From assembly GCF_963853765.1 (NCBI RefSeq), contig NC_088855.1, positions 12,090,001 to 12,154,000 on the forward strand: a stretch of DNA of 64,000 nucleotides. The letters are read 5' to 3'. The position numbers were made by a program, and so were the translations under genes. The notes below the pieces were generated by a model. That model saw only the letters and a program-made list of their open reading frames with translations, had not been told where the DNA came from and searched no databases. This DNA comes from Magallana gigas (taxonomy: Eukaryota). Shown here piece after piece: positions 62,251 through 64,000 of this stretch (positions within the stretch are counted from its first letter, which is position 1; each line of letters opens with the position of its first letter).

Positions 62251-62859
62251 TTATTTTGTGTCGAGCCCTTGAATTTGTAGTGTGAGGAGGGCTCATGGCA
62301 TTGAAAACTTTGTACTGATTTTTAAGTGGTTGAAACTATTAAGTTCTAAATTGTCTAACGTCTAACTTTTAAAATCCACATTTATCGTCTATCATATATC
62401 GTCATCTCTCTATCATCAATTCATTTATCATAAACTGTGTGTTAGTCACCTCAAAAATAAAGACGCATTTACAAGAATACAGTTTCCTTTTCATCGGCCA
62501 CTACAAATTACAGTGTGTAAACAATCCAGTAGATAATGGAAGATGATGGAGAATGAGAAGAACAGAATCATAGGAGTGAACGAAATAAAAACATTACTCA
62601 AAAAGGTTCTGAATTCACTTTGGAAAATAAAATAAAGAACAGAGAAAGGTGTTTCCAGATATTATCAGCACTAAATCTACAGAAATTGTTATTCTCATCA
62701 GAGTACAAAGAACCAGTAAAAAGAGTCTTCTCTTTTAAATGCTTAGACAAATATGAAGAGTTCCTTCTGTCTCAAGATAAAGTTGTCTCCGATTAAGAAA
62801 AAATTCAAAAGAGAGATGAACACCTCACGAATTTATATAAAACAGTCAGTAGAGGATTG

Positions 62860-63120
62860 GTTCACAAAACACTCAAAAAGTGTTATAATGGATAGCAGTT
62901 CAGTTACTTTCAGCACAAGTATGAGAAGTAGTTATTCGCAAACGAAGTTTGAGGTCGGAGAAAAGCTATATTACAGCCTAAATTAGCATTGCTTCTGAAG
63001 AAAAAACGGAAAGAAGCCAAGTTACAGTTTAAGCTGAAAGAAGAACTGGATATATACAAACAGCTATAAAAATATGTGTTGTGAGAACTGAAATAATCGA
63101 GGAACTTGAAGAAACCGAAC
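62860..63120 (+). pseudogene. Possible LTR-retrotransposon (BEL/Pao-like) gag N-terminal relic
   Basis: Ser-rich SSSVTFSTSMRSS followed by coiled-coil-like LALLLKKKRKEAKLQFKLKEELDIYKQL, with stops. Compositional resemblance only. Confidence 0.25.
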
Positions 63121-64000
63121 TGTGAGTGGAACATCTGCCTTTTGCCTTTATTAACAGTGGCAACATAAATACAGAATCAGGTAAATACCATTCTACTTAC
63201 AAGAAAGGTGGCGAAATGTGGTTTATAAAGTTAAGGGGGAAAAAATCTGTTAAATTTCAAAACTTATTAAACATTGTCCGCAAAGAAGCTAAAAAGGCTT
63301 TGTGCAACAATGTGGTTTATAAACTTAAGGTAACTCCGTACCTATAAAATCATGGGTTCAAAGTTAAAAATTTAACTTTTTTTTAACTTATTGGACTTGA
63401 ATTTCATCAAAAAATAAATAAAATAGATATGTATCCATACTATTTAAGATGTAAGGTAATAAAAACCAAAGGCTGAAATTATCATCTGAAAATCACACTT
63501 TTTTTGTTTAAAAATTAAATTTAAGTGGATGGATACTTGTTTGTCTATTTAAATTTCATTGCTTACTATGCCAGAAAACTAAAATTAATTTTAAAAAAAG
63601 AAAAAAATCTTTACATTAGAAAAATAATAGCATTTAGATATATCACTTAGAGAAAAGTAGAAAAGAGTCATTTCCCTTTGCCATTATTGAATTATGTCGA
63701 ATATAAGGATGAAAAACGCTTATTAAATATCTCCAAGTAAACAATGATTTGAGTTTTTGATGTGCACCTATGATAACATAGAAATAACAAATCTACTTGC
63801 AAGAATTTTAATGAATTCATGGTTTATGTAAAATGTATGACGTCACAGGAGGGTGGATTTACTTTAAGGACAAAAATCTGTTAAATTTCAAAACTTCGTA
63901 AACATTGTCCGCTAAGAAGCTAAAAAGGCTTTGTGCAACAATGTTCAAGGGAACTTCACAACATGATCAGTTGTTACAAGGCCCCAACTTGCCGAACACA

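Overview
AT-rich, intron-containing animal genomic DNA; the repeat families suggest a bivalve such as an oyster (inference). Seven spliced genes were assembled by hand from GT-AG boundaries and reading phase, in strictly alternating orientation: MPPE1/PGAP5 (-, runs off the left edge), MATCAP-family tubulin carboxypeptidase (+), methionine-S-sulfoxide reductase MsrA (-), GFOD1/2-like oxidoreductase (+), NUTF2 (-), twisted gastrulation TWSG1 (+) and an uncharacterized ~591-aa protein (-). The last ~9 kb is a field of nested or decayed transposons (Kolobok-, Harbinger-, foldback-, Tc2- and hAT-type, plus a two-ORF Harbinger relic). Main result: the MsrA gene looks like a selenoprotein gene. Its first coding exon, absent from the ORF track, has an in-frame TGA (15780-15782) at the catalytic Cys position (S-U-F-W in place of G-C-F-W), and its 3' UTR holds a canonical type II SECIS hairpin (12903-12975) followed by AATAAA. 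Sec-MsrA is a known class in some invertebrates, algae and bacteria, but standard annotation would truncate or miss this locus. Also notable: a long Asp/Glu tail on TWSG1, a uORF abutting the start of the uncharacterized gene, and apparent deep linkage conservation with human 16q22/18p11.
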